Shown: piece by piece, positions 35,814 through 45,561 of the stretch
How positions within the stretch are numbered: position 1 is the first letter of the stretch
Layout of the letters: each line of letters starts with the position of its first letter
Source of the DNA: Alloascoidea hylecoeti
Taxonomy: Eukaryota
Assembly: GCA_001600815.1 (NCBI GenBank)
Contig: BCKZ01000015.1
Coordinates: 434,001-498,000 of the forward strand
DNA: 64,000 nucleotides
Direction: 5' to 3'
Translations under genes and position numbers: made by a program
Notes under the pieces: model-generated
Database searches by the model: none
Told to the model about the DNA's origin: nothing
What the model saw: only the letters and a program-made list of their open reading frames with translations

Positions 35814-37262
35814 TTAATTTGGTAATAACATCTTCCCATTTTTCCATTTGACAACAAATATTGAAAATATGATCATTCCAATTCCAACACTACTAATACT
35901 GACAAATACAGGATATTCAAACATGTCAGGTTTATGTAGGATTAAAGTCATCAAGTATCCACTTAATTCAAAGGTACCAATTAGACTTTCTTCAATAGCG
36001 CTAAATTGACTTCTTTGAGAATCATCAGTAATGTAAAGTTGAACCATATTTTGAATTACTAAATCATAACCCCAGAGTCCAACACGGGATAAGGGAACAA
36101 AAAGACATAAGAGCCAATGACGGTAAGGGAGGTTTAAGACAAATCCAATTAAGATTGGACACAAGAAAATAAATTCAGAAGAAATGGAATACATACCAGT
36201 ATTTACGAGCCCTACTGAATTAACAAGTTTGGGGGTTATGACTGTTGCAGAAAGTTCGAATATTGTTGAAACTGCCTTTAGACAACCAACGGTTAGGGAA
36301 TTAATATCATCAAAGGATAAAAGGAAAGCGATTGTTTGATTTCCAAAGGATAGAACAGTTAAGTAAAGCATTGCATATGCCAATGTTGGGAGACACATTA
36401 AAGAATGAGTGAAAGTGTGAACATTTTGAAGGAATTGGCCATGATTATCATGAGATTCATTATTAGATACAGTATTATTAGTACAAGTAGATGTAGATGT
36501 AGATGTAGATGCGGATTCATTAATAATATCAGGTTTATGTTTCGGGATCTGTAATGCTGGAACCAATTGATATACTTTTTTAATTGAAAAATATTCCAAA
36601 TAATTTGAAATAATATTCATAACAATGATAAAAAGCATTGAATAACGAATTGAAACCCCAGCAAGTAGAGAAATAAAAGTAGGACCGACTAATTTACAAA
36701 AGAGGTCAATACCCCTTAACTTAACATTAAGTTCCATAAGGAATTTATCATCATGAGCTGCGATTGTTACCAACCAGTCTCGAGCAATGGATATTTTATT
36801 TGCGATTTGACACAATCGCTCAATACAACCACCACATATGACAAAAGCTAAGGATAAATATTTCATTGTTAAGATATGAGAAGCTTTGATGGGGGATTCT
36901 TCACCGCCTGGGTTCATATGAGCGAAGACATGGGTTGTTAATAAGACGACAGTAGGTAGTAAAACAGCAGTCCTTTGGATAAAGATTGACTCTCTAACAA
37001 TATGAAGTCTTTCACCATTTTCGACAATTGAGGCTACCTTGGATGCACCTAGAATTCCAGAGAGGCAGGAGCATAGAGAAAATAGAGAAGATGGCCACAA
37101 AGTGTTTGGAAATAGGTCCACAAGAAACAAGACAAATCCAAATTCAAAAACCCTCGCGTTCCAGACATACAGGGAGTGAGAGATATATAATTGATTTTTG
37201 ATGGCAGAGTGGGATGGGGTTGCTCCTCCCAGCAATGGAGCTTCTTCAGTATTAATATTCAT
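35814..37262 (-). CDS. Ferroportin (SLC40/FPN1/IREG)-family transporter
   Basis: LYISHSLYVWNARVFEFG, SIARDWLV, LRGIDLFCKLVGP, LYLTVLSFG and SRVGLWGYDLVIQNMVQ match ferroportin family blocks. Confidence 0.9.
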   Translation of the reverse strand: MNINTEEAPLLGGATPSHSAIKNQLYISHSLYVWNARVFEFGFVLFLVDLFPNTLWPSSLFSLCSCLSGILGASKVASIVENGERLHIVRESIFIQRTAVLLPTVVLLTTHVFAHMNPGGEESPIKASHILTMKYLSLAFVICGGCIERLCQIANKISIARDWLVTIAAHDDKFLMELNVKLRGIDLFCKLVGPTFISLLAGVSIRYSMLFIIVMNIISNYLEYFSIKKVYQLVPALQIPKHKPDIINESASTSTSTSTCTNNTVSNNESHDNHGQFLQNVHTFTHSLMCLPTLAYAMLYLTVLSFGNQTIAFLLSFDDINSLTVGCLKAVSTIFELSATVITPKLVNSVGLVNTGMYSISSEFIFLCPILIGFVLNLPYRHWLLCLFVPLSRVGLWGYDLVIQNMVQLYITDDSQRSQFSAIEESLIGTFELSGYLMTLILHKPDMFEYPVFVSISSVGIGMIIFSIFVVKWKNGKMLLPN

Positions 37263-37548
37263 AGATAAATCTAAAACTAAGTTTAAGATGTAATGGGAGT
37301 TTTTTCAAAGAAAAGAGGTCCAGAGAAAAATTTATAGTGATAAGACATGAACTTAAATAATAAAATAGAGTGATTGGTATAGATGGAATAGATTGCTGGA
37401 TTCGTAAACCCAGTGTGAACGAGTTAAACGAAAGGTTTTCATTGAATATGCTTTCTCGTTTTGTTGGCTCGCATTTGTGACTTATCATAATGGGGCCCGT
37501 ATAAATATTTGCATTCGGAAAACACTTCCAGTACTACTGCATTTAATC

Positions 37549-38454
37549 ATGAACAGATCAAGATCAAGAAGCAGATCTGGAGAGAAAGCAGGAAAAAGCG
37601 CAGTTCGATATCGGTCTCCGTACAATTTACGATCCAATCTCCGGAATATAGTGGAAGCACAAAGTCCCCCCAAGCCTAAATCAGTTTCTTCTCCAGAAGC
37701 CTCCAGCATTTCTTTTCTGGGTTGTTATGAGTCTGCTTGTGAAGCTGATGATGAGTTGGAGCCATTGCTTGCCAGCTGGCCGAGAATAAAGGCTACCACC
37801 AAGCCTACCACCAAGCCTATCACCAAGCCTATCACTAGGCCTACACATGTAGCTAAGTCTATGGCTAAGCCTGTGGCTAAGCCTGTGGCTAAGCCAAATA
37901 ACCAAGCATGGCTTGGATGGTTGTTTGCAATTACTCTAACGGCTTTGGTTGCTTACAATTGGGCCCCTGTTAAATCTTCAACTTTGGTCACAGAACCACT
38001 TAGGGAAAGCGAACACGAAAGCGAAAGCGGATGCGATGTCCGTCGCGGATGCTATACGGAACTTTCACCCCACGTCGCTCTGGATGTGCCTCTCAACGCC
38101 AGTGAGGGGCTCGCAGCGGTGGAAATATCAGTGAGGACGCTGTACGATGACCAGTTTCCGTTCCACGCTCTGGAGTTGGCGGTGCGAGTGGATGGCCTAG
38201 AAGCAGGGACGGTCCGGCCGTTTGCGCACAGATATCACCTCAGCAGCGACGAATTTCCTTGGATCCAGCTCATGAGCACATGGAAACAGTCCATCACCAG
38301 CTTGAGTGCCGTCGCGGCCCCCCAAACAGTGCAAGTGGTTCCACAGGCTCTACCCTCAGTGTCCGGCTGGCACCCTCGTCCCTCTGTGCCTCCACGTGAT
38401 GGCCACACAACTTCCGCACAGCGCTGCTTCTGTTTTAAGGCCTGCAAATGCTAA
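37549..38454 (+). CDS. Orphan single-pass membrane protein with an RS-rich N-terminus, KPxx repeats and a GC-rich C-terminal region
   Basis: ATG at 37549 (MNRSRSRSRS), TM-like WLGWLFAITLTALVAYNW, 301-aa ORF. The C-terminus weakly resembles PNGase A. Confidence 0.6.
   Translation: MNRSRSRSRSGEKAGKSAVRYRSPYNLRSNLRNIVEAQSPPKPKSVSSPEASSISFLGCYESACEADDELEPLLASWPRIKATTKPTTKPITKPITRPTHVAKSMAKPVAKPVAKPNNQAWLGWLFAITLTALVAYNWAPVKSSTLVTEPLRESEHESESGCDVRRGCYTELSPHVALDVPLNASEGLAAVEISVRTLYDDQFPFHALELAVRVDGLEAGTVRPFAHRYHLSSDEFPWIQLMSTWKQSITSLSAVAAPQTVQVVPQALPSVSGWHPRPSVPPRDGHTTSAQRCFCFKACKC
37789..37895 (+). repeat. Coding 12-bp tandem repeats (AAGCCTACCACC / AAGCCTGTGGCT variants)
   Basis: Encodes KATT-KPTT-KPIT-KPIT-RPTH...KSMA-KPVA-KPVA-KP. 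Confidence 0.8.
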
Positions 38455-38606
38455 TTATGCATAATTAATACTCTTACCTCTTCGCTGCTCATTCTTTCTT
38501 GAAACTTCTCTCCTTTCTTCTTTTTTTCACTTCCCACTTCTTTCGGATTCTCATATTTTATTCCTCGTCGGTTCTCCAGATCTTACACATCTGTCCTGTA
38601 TTCTGA

Positions 38607-39005
38607 ATGGCTCTCCAAATCCTCAAGAACTCAGATCTTGCTACCTGGATCCGCCATGGATCCGCTCCAAACGGGGCCTTTGTTGTTGTCGATGTTAGAG
38701 ACTACGACTATATTGGGGGGCATATCAAGAACTCTCTACATTTCCCTTACGATACATTCGTATCACAGATCCATGAACTATTAGACCAGACTAGCTCTAT
38801 ACCTAATGTCATTTTTCATTGTTCCTTGTCTCAACAGAGAGGACCTTCTGCTGCAAGAAAATATTTTCAAATAATATCAGAAAGAGGTTCTGTTGATAAG
38901 ACAGTATATATCCTAAAGGGCGGCTTCACCGAATGGCAAGCAAAGTATGGAGAGGATACTTCTTTAACCTCCAACTTCAGAAAGGATATATGGCGTGGTT
39001 TTTAA
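38607..39005 (+). CDS. YCH1: Cdc25-like rhodanese phosphatase / arsenate reductase (Ych1/Acr2/Ibp1 family)
   Basis: VDVRDYDYIGGHIKNS, active loop FHCSLSQQRGPSAA, YILKGGFTEW. Confidence 0.88.
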   Translation: MALQILKNSDLATWIRHGSAPNGAFVVVDVRDYDYIGGHIKNSLHFPYDTFVSQIHELLDQTSSIPNVIFHCSLSQQRGPSAARKYFQIISERGSVDKTVYILKGGFTEWQAKYGEDTSLTSNFRKDIWRGF

Positions 39006-41186
39006 TAATGGTGGAGAGGTTGTTTCTCTACTAGGTTGGCTCTTCAAGAAGTTTTTTTTACAGTTGCGACATTAATTATATTAATATTGCTACTGTATTT
39101 TTTTATATCATTTCATGCCATTTCTTCCTTTAAATTTGCCATTACCATTATTAGAGTTATGATTGCCGAAGAGTTGCCGCTTCCTTTGTGCTCCTAAGTG
39201 TTTGTATTATTCAAAGTATTTATGCTTTAAATTAATTTATGTTTTTTTACTTTTTGGTTCTATATTATCATGTATTTAATGTACCCATCTATGTATTTTG
39301 TGTTGGATCTATATATTTTCTGTAAGCTTAAGTTATTCATTATACGGGATCATTTGGTCCCTTCTTTTTTTATTACTGTTAAATAGACTATTTGGATATT
39401 TTGGCTTTAGTTTTTATATTTAATCAAGTTTTATTTGTTTCTGATATTTGCGTTTGCCTCATTATGGAAGTTAGCCGTAGGTAAGGTATAACTTGTAATG
39501 TAAGGTTTTTTTACTCATAATACTATTAATATATGAATTTTCACGATGTATCCGAGATTCGTTAGATTACTCTATATTGTTAATTATATGATCATACCGA
39601 TTGTAATCTATAAATAGGAATATATATCACTCACTTATAATTAATATAAACTTTTCTCATCTATTTCTCATTGTTCTAATTTACTCGCAAAATAGACGTA
39701 TAATTATTAGACACAAACAATATATTGTCTTAAACATATAGCCTATAGCTAAACTTAGCTACTGGTACATTATATATGACAGACGTCGACTGACATTGAC
39801 AGTTAATAAAATTATTTATATTTATAAGGAAAATAGACCTAGATCTAGATAGGCATATTTCTCTTTACTTTACATAGTTACGTTGTAACTTTTAATAACA
39901 TGAATACAAACAAATTCAACCCTTAGATCGTTTATCGTTAGCATCACGAGAATTCTATGGCGCTTTTATTATATTTAAATGATATTATTCATCTTTTGTT
40001 GCCACTAATTGTAACACCAAAACTATCTAGACTCTTACCTTTTAATCAACGAATCTGCCTTTTTTGCGGTGATTGTTTAATTTTGATATCTATATTAAAT
40101 TATCCCCTCAAAAGAGGTCACACAGTCAGTCAGTCTTACACTTGACCCATTTCCCTTCAAATTTAAATAAAGCACTATAATCTCCTCTCTCAAAATCAGG
40201 TAGGTCGTCGAATTTCCTCTAGTTCTCCGTTTAGTTTAACTATTCTTTTATATAAATATGCAACAAAGACCCTAATCCATTTTGCTGCTTCTTTAAAACA
40301 ATCAACTGAATTACCTCTAGATCTAAATGATTTAAGAGAAATCATCGATTGTATGCCGGTACCGGTATAGCTCTTGCTTATAATTTCGAATATTATCGGC
40401 CTTTTATATTAATTGTACAATTTTGTTTCAAGCTATTTTCACCTAATTAAGCTTAAGTTTATCAATCCCATTAAATTAAATTTATATTTTTTGAGGAATA
40501 TTTAAATTGTTTTTTGAATAATATGAAATATACCTCTCGTTTTCTTCAGTGAAACTATAAATTTGTAAGGAATTATTAGTTGAATACGATCTAGCAATTG
40601 TTTGATTACTCGGTTATTTTCACCACATGCTAATTTTGAAATCGTTTTGATTCTTGAGATTCCGCTGATGTGGTATATTCTAAACTTGCACTTGCATATG
40701 CAGGGCGAGCTGTTCTACAACAATATATTAATATTGGAATATTGGGATGTTAAACCAGACTGCACCCCCAACCAGAGTTAACCTCGATATTAGGGAGGGC
40801 GACAATGATATTGTAAATGTTTTATAAATTTAAAGGCACTGGCATTGGTAAAGTAATCTGGTATAAAGAGTTCATCGCTAACGTACATTACTAAATCCTT
40901 AAGCTGGTATTGTTAACGTTCGTGGGTCACTCTTCCCTCTAATTACAATGATGATAACATACTGACAAGAGTGGCCAACTGATTACGAGAAAAGGATAAA
41001 TTTATTCCGAGGACAAAAAGGAAAAATTGGCCAAAACTCGGTGCTAAGGTGTAGATTAACCAGTGGAAAGACTGCCAGACCAGAAACCCCATAGCATCTT
41101 TATAGTTTCATTGGTTTGGGAAGAATTATTACCCGGACAAAGTTCAAATTCATCCATTTTTTTCAAGTATCAGTATCAATTGCAAA

Positions 41187-42203
41187 ATGAATCAACCAAA
41201 ACAGAGTATACTTTTAATCAACAGACTTTTATCTATAAAAGATACTTCTCCATTTGTGCTGATATATGACTCAGTGGCACAGTCTGCTCATTACTTGATA
41301 CAAGAACTCTTTCATAGAGCAGATAAAGTGAGTAATTAATTGAATTTAAATGTGAGATGTATTTGATCTGAAACTAATTATAACTCGAGTAGAATGTCAA
41401 TGTTATATATCTATCTTTTGAAACGATACGGAGACCACAACGGGTCGATCACTTCATAGATGGTAATGGAAACGATTATAATTTGTTGGTCAGTAAAGTA
41501 TCAGCTAAAGTTCAAAGTGAAAGTAAGTAAAAGAATATGAATATGAAGAGAAAAACAATATTTTCTAACATGATTATAAAAAATAGAAAAAAATTTAATA
41601 ATTATTGATGATATTGGATATATTGAAAATGAACAAATCTCTCAATTCATATCACAACTAATTGCACCAACTATTCAAGTTTTTGCAATCTACCATAGTT
41701 TTATACATGACCCAATAACTCCACAAAATCTATATTATCCTTCGACATCTTCTTTATTATCTTATTTTGCAACCGATATAATCACAGTAACCCCTTTTGA
41801 AACAGGAACAAATGATAGTGAAGAACGTGATTTACAAATTTCAAATCTTACAATTCCATTAGATTGTAACCTTCCCAAATTCGAAATTAAACTAACTCAT
41901 AGACGTAAATCTGGTAGAGCTATAACCTCATTTTTTATAATAAACAATGCAACACATTCCTTGAGTGTCATAGATAAACAAGAATTGGCCACTGCTGGTG
42001 AAACAACTGGTGATTCAGATGCATTATTAAAAGGATTGACTACATTTCAAATCGGTCTAACTGATAGACAGAAACAAGTAAGAGATGGTGTTGATTTACC
42101 ATTTTTAGAGGCTCAAGAATTCAACACTGGAGGAGCCATTGTTTATGAATTTGAGAAGGACGATGATTATGATGAAGAGGATCCATATGAAGATCCATTT
42201 TGA
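41187..42203 (+). CDS. ELP5: Elongator subunit Elp5/Iki1. Exons 41187-41327, 41393-41522, 41587-42203
   Basis: LLINRLLSIKDTSPFVLIYDSVAQSA, YLSFET, HRRKSGRA, LTTFQIGLTDRQK, and C-terminal GGAIVYEFEKDDDYDEEDPYEDPF. Two GT-AG introns in frame. Confidence 0.93.
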
Positions 42204-42765
42204 TTGCGTATTTTATTTTATATATTTGATTTATTTATTAATAAATAACACGTTCAAATCGTACAATTTTTCTCAGCTGAGTATAGGTATATATTTGAAA
42301 TTTTATTCAAATGATGGTATCGATTATTTTATTTCATATACTCCCAATATATAATTTGTGTGTGAATCACATCGCAACAATTCTACTACTCAGTTCTTAA
42401 TAAACAGCCAATTGAAAAGCCATTGCTCTTATTAACTCTGTAATCCAAAATAGATATATCTCCTGAATACCACAACTTGTAGAAAACTAAGTAAAGAATT
42501 GAAATGATGAGTATTGTTTATTTCTGCACTGTCTCACTCTCATAATCCCACTCATCATCTCACAGTCGCAAAGTCTCCGATAACATCACTTGCCAATTAA
42601 CCAACGAATCTGTTGATGGAGTTCTACGTTGTAAACTTACTTGCCTACTCTGATTTTGATTAATTGGCTATAAAGTTACCCGCACTTAGCAGCAAACCCT
42701 GATAATCAAAAACAAAAACTGTTGTACACAATCCAAAAACAGGACAAACCACTTTTTATAGGAAA

Positions 42766-45312
42766 ATGAGCGAGCCTTTCTCTAGGATAGGGGAAATACT
42801 AGAAAGTGCTTCTCAGCTGACTCTTGAGGCTGCCACATCTGTAACGAGCAGACTAGCAGATCAACCAGTGGTTCAAAGTCCTAAAGAAATTCATAGGTTA
42901 CTTGGCTCTCGCTCAGACAGAGATAAATTATCAGGTATAAAACAAGCAACCTCCATCATGGCTCAGGGAGGAAACAGTGCTCAATTTTTTCCAAGTGTTG
43001 TAAAAAATATATCGACTCCTAATATTCAACTACGGAAACTGGTCTATGTCTACTTGTTACGCCATGCATCTAAAGAACCGGATCTAGCTCTGTTGTCCAT
43101 AAATGCCATACAGAAGTCTCTCACCGATAAAAATGCAATGCTACGAACCTTGTCATTAAGAGTGATGTCAAGTATTAATATATCTGTCATTGCCCCAATT
43201 GTTCTTTTGGGTATAAAAAGAGCTATATCTGACTCTAATCCTGGGGTTCGAAGAGCTGCTGCTTTTGCATTGGCTAAACATTATGAATTTCATTCCAATT
43301 CTTCAAATCCGGAAATACTAAATATGGAAACGTTAATCGAATCATTGGAACAACTATTACGTGATAAAGATATGATGGTTATTGGTGCTGCACTCATAGC
43401 TTTTAAAACAATCTGCCCAGGTAGGCTTGAACTTTTACATGGCCATATACGCAGATATTGTAGAGATGTACGAGAGTTTGATGAATGGTCCCAAATAAAT
43501 TTTATCAACATATTTATGAGTTATGCTCGTGAATATTTACCAAAACCTCAAATTAGCGATCCATCTAGTAATAATGATGATACATTTGAAATATCAAATG
43601 ATATATCCGACCCTGAATCCCTAAAGAAATTTCAATTACATCTAGATCCAGATCTACAATTATTTCTAGAATCAATTCTATGTTTATTATACTCTCGAAA
43701 TGCTCAAGTCATGATTTCTGTTTCCTCGGCTTATTTTTATTTGGCTCCTTCTATTTTATACCAACAACAAAATATTTCAACTCCATTGGTTCGAATACTT
43801 AATAGTAGACAAGAAGGTACAAAACTTGTCGTTTTAAAAAATATTCTATCAATTTGCATGAAATATCCCTCATTATTTTATAATCATATTTCTTCATTTT
43901 TCTTATTTCAAACTGATGCTTTCTTTATTGCAAAATCAAAATTAGAAATTCTTTCATTATTAATTACTGACTTAACGGTTCAAAAAATCATTCCAGAATT
44001 AAAATACTATGCAACCGTTTATAATGATAGTAGAATTGCAGCAGAAAGTGTTAAATCACTGGGGAGATGTGCTTTTGTTTCCTCTGAATGGTCAAATAAA
44101 TGTTTGAAATGGCTACTGAAACGAATCAAAGATACTGACCTAAATCCCGATATTCTTAGTGAATGCCTAACCGTCATAATCTACTTGATTCAACAAGATC
44201 CCCAAACAAATATAAAATCTGTTGCGAGACTATCCCGTTTATTGGATACGAACTTGGTCTCAAATGCAAAAGCGAGTATTATTTGGCTTGTAGGTGAATT
44301 TGCTGGCATTGCACCAACAATCGCACCCGATTTATTAAGAAAACTACTGAAAAACTTTGCTTATGAACCAGACCAAGTAAGATATCAAATAATGTTATTG
44401 GCAGCTAAGACTTATTCATATGATATCGACAATTATAAGAATGAACATGGTACTGTCGATACTTATGATAAAGCGGCTATTATTCCACAAATGCTTTCTC
44501 ATACTTTATACCTCGCGAGATATGATTCTAATTATGATACAAGGGATCGTGCACGAATGTTACAAGCTTTATTGTTAACCTCCAATCATTATGAAGTTGC
44601 AACTTTGATTCTACAGGCTCCTAAACCTCCCCCTTCTATATCATTGCTTGATCAGCAGACCAACTTTCAAGAATCAGTGGATTCAGATGGGATTGCTTCT
44701 AGAACACCTGATATTGGCACATTATCACATTATATTGGTCACCCAATGACCGGGTATAAATCATTACAGGATTGGAGAATTGTGGATAAAATTATTGACT
44801 CTTCTATAAGAACTGAAATTGAACCTAAAGATTACTCAAATAGTAAGTTTACAGGTGTATCAAAAATTTCTAATTCTGTTAATGGAATTCCCTCTCAGAA
44901 GCAACCACAATTTCAGAACACCTCGTTGTTTCCGACCAATAATAGTGGTCCTACTTCTACTGTACCAAAATATAAATTGCAAAGTTTGGATGATTTCTTT
45001 TCTGAGCAGCCAAAACAACCAACCTTCGGGAAACCATTAATTAATAAAACTGTACATATTGAAGAAGAAGAAGAGACATCGAGTGAAGAAGACACGGAGG
45101 GGTCATCCGATGAATATGAGGAAGAAGAAGAAGAAGAAGAAGAAGAAGATGATGATGAAGAAGAAGAAGACGAAGACGAAGAAGAAGAAGAAGGTTCATC
45201 TGATGAATATGAAGAAGAAGATGGAGATGATGAAGATAATGAAGATGATGAAGATGATGAAGATGATGAAGATTCGGCCAATGAAAGATCTAAAATGCTT
45301 CCCATAAGTTAA
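42766..45312 (+). CDS. APL6: AP-3 adaptor complex beta subunit
   Basis: FFPSVVKNI, LRKLVYVYLLRHA, LALLSINAIQKSL, IWLVGEF, YLARYDSNYDTRDRAR, LQSLDDFF, and an acidic tail. Confidence 0.93.
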   Translation: MSEPFSRIGEILESASQLTLEAATSVTSRLADQPVVQSPKEIHRLLGSRSDRDKLSGIKQATSIMAQGGNSAQFFPSVVKNISTPNIQLRKLVYVYLLRHASKEPDLALLSINAIQKSLTDKNAMLRTLSLRVMSSINISVIAPIVLLGIKRAISDSNPGVRRAAAFALAKHYEFHSNSSNPEILNMETLIESLEQLLRDKDMMVIGAALIAFKTICPGRLELLHGHIRRYCRDVREFDEWSQINFINIFMSYAREYLPKPQISDPSSNNDDTFEISNDISDPESLKKFQLHLDPDLQLFLESILCLLYSRNAQVMISVSSAYFYLAPSILYQQQNISTPLVRILNSRQEGTKLVVLKNILSICMKYPSLFYNHISSFFLFQTDAFFIAKSKLEILSLLITDLTVQKIIPELKYYATVYNDSRIAAESVKSLGRCAFVSSEWSNKCLKWLLKRIKDTDLNPDILSECLTVIIYLIQQDPQTNIKSVARLSRLLDTNLVSNAKASIIWLVGEFAGIAPTIAPDLLRKLLKNFAYEPDQVRYQIMLLAAKTYSYDIDNYKNEHGTVDTYDKAAIIPQMLSHTLYLARYDSNYDTRDRARMLQALLLTSNHYEVATLILQAPKPPPSISLLDQQTNFQESVDSDGIASRTPDIGTLSHYIGHPMTGYKSLQDWRIVDKIIDSSIRTEIEPKDYSNSKFTGVSKISNSVNGIPSQKQPQFQNTSLFPTNNSGPTSTVPKYKLQSLDDFFSEQPKQPTFGKPLINKTVHIEEEEETSSEEDTEGSSDEYEEEEEEEEEEDDDEEEEDEDEEEEEGSSDEYEEEDGDDEDNEDDEDDEDDEDSANERSKMLPIS
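45061..45272 (+). repeat. GAA/GAT-rich coding repeat (poly-Glu/Asp tail of Apl6)
   Basis: Long GAAGAAGAA/GATGAA runs; GSSDEYEEE occurs twice. Confidence 0.85.
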
Positions 45313-45561
45313 TGTAATAGATTAATCATAATTAAGTTTTAAAATGAAAAACAGGAAGATTGATGTATTCCGGAGATTTATAACTTATATAGAATTAAAA
45401 TGCTTTTATTTATTTTATTTCAAAGCCTAAGATTTATGAAGACTGCTATATTCTAAAATGTGTAACATTATATTATAATGGAGAAGAAAAAATATCTAAA
45501 CGAAATTAAGTTAGTGCACTGATTTTAATTATAAAATAAAATTATATAGATTTATATAGAG

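Noticed and set aside
40945..40985. ATGATGA...CTGA box C/D pair
   Set aside because: Only ~35 nt apart, with no recognisable guide sequence.
44913..45307. Poly-Ser and poly-Lys/Met ORFs
   Set aside because: Alternative frames of the Apl6 GAA/GAT repeat.
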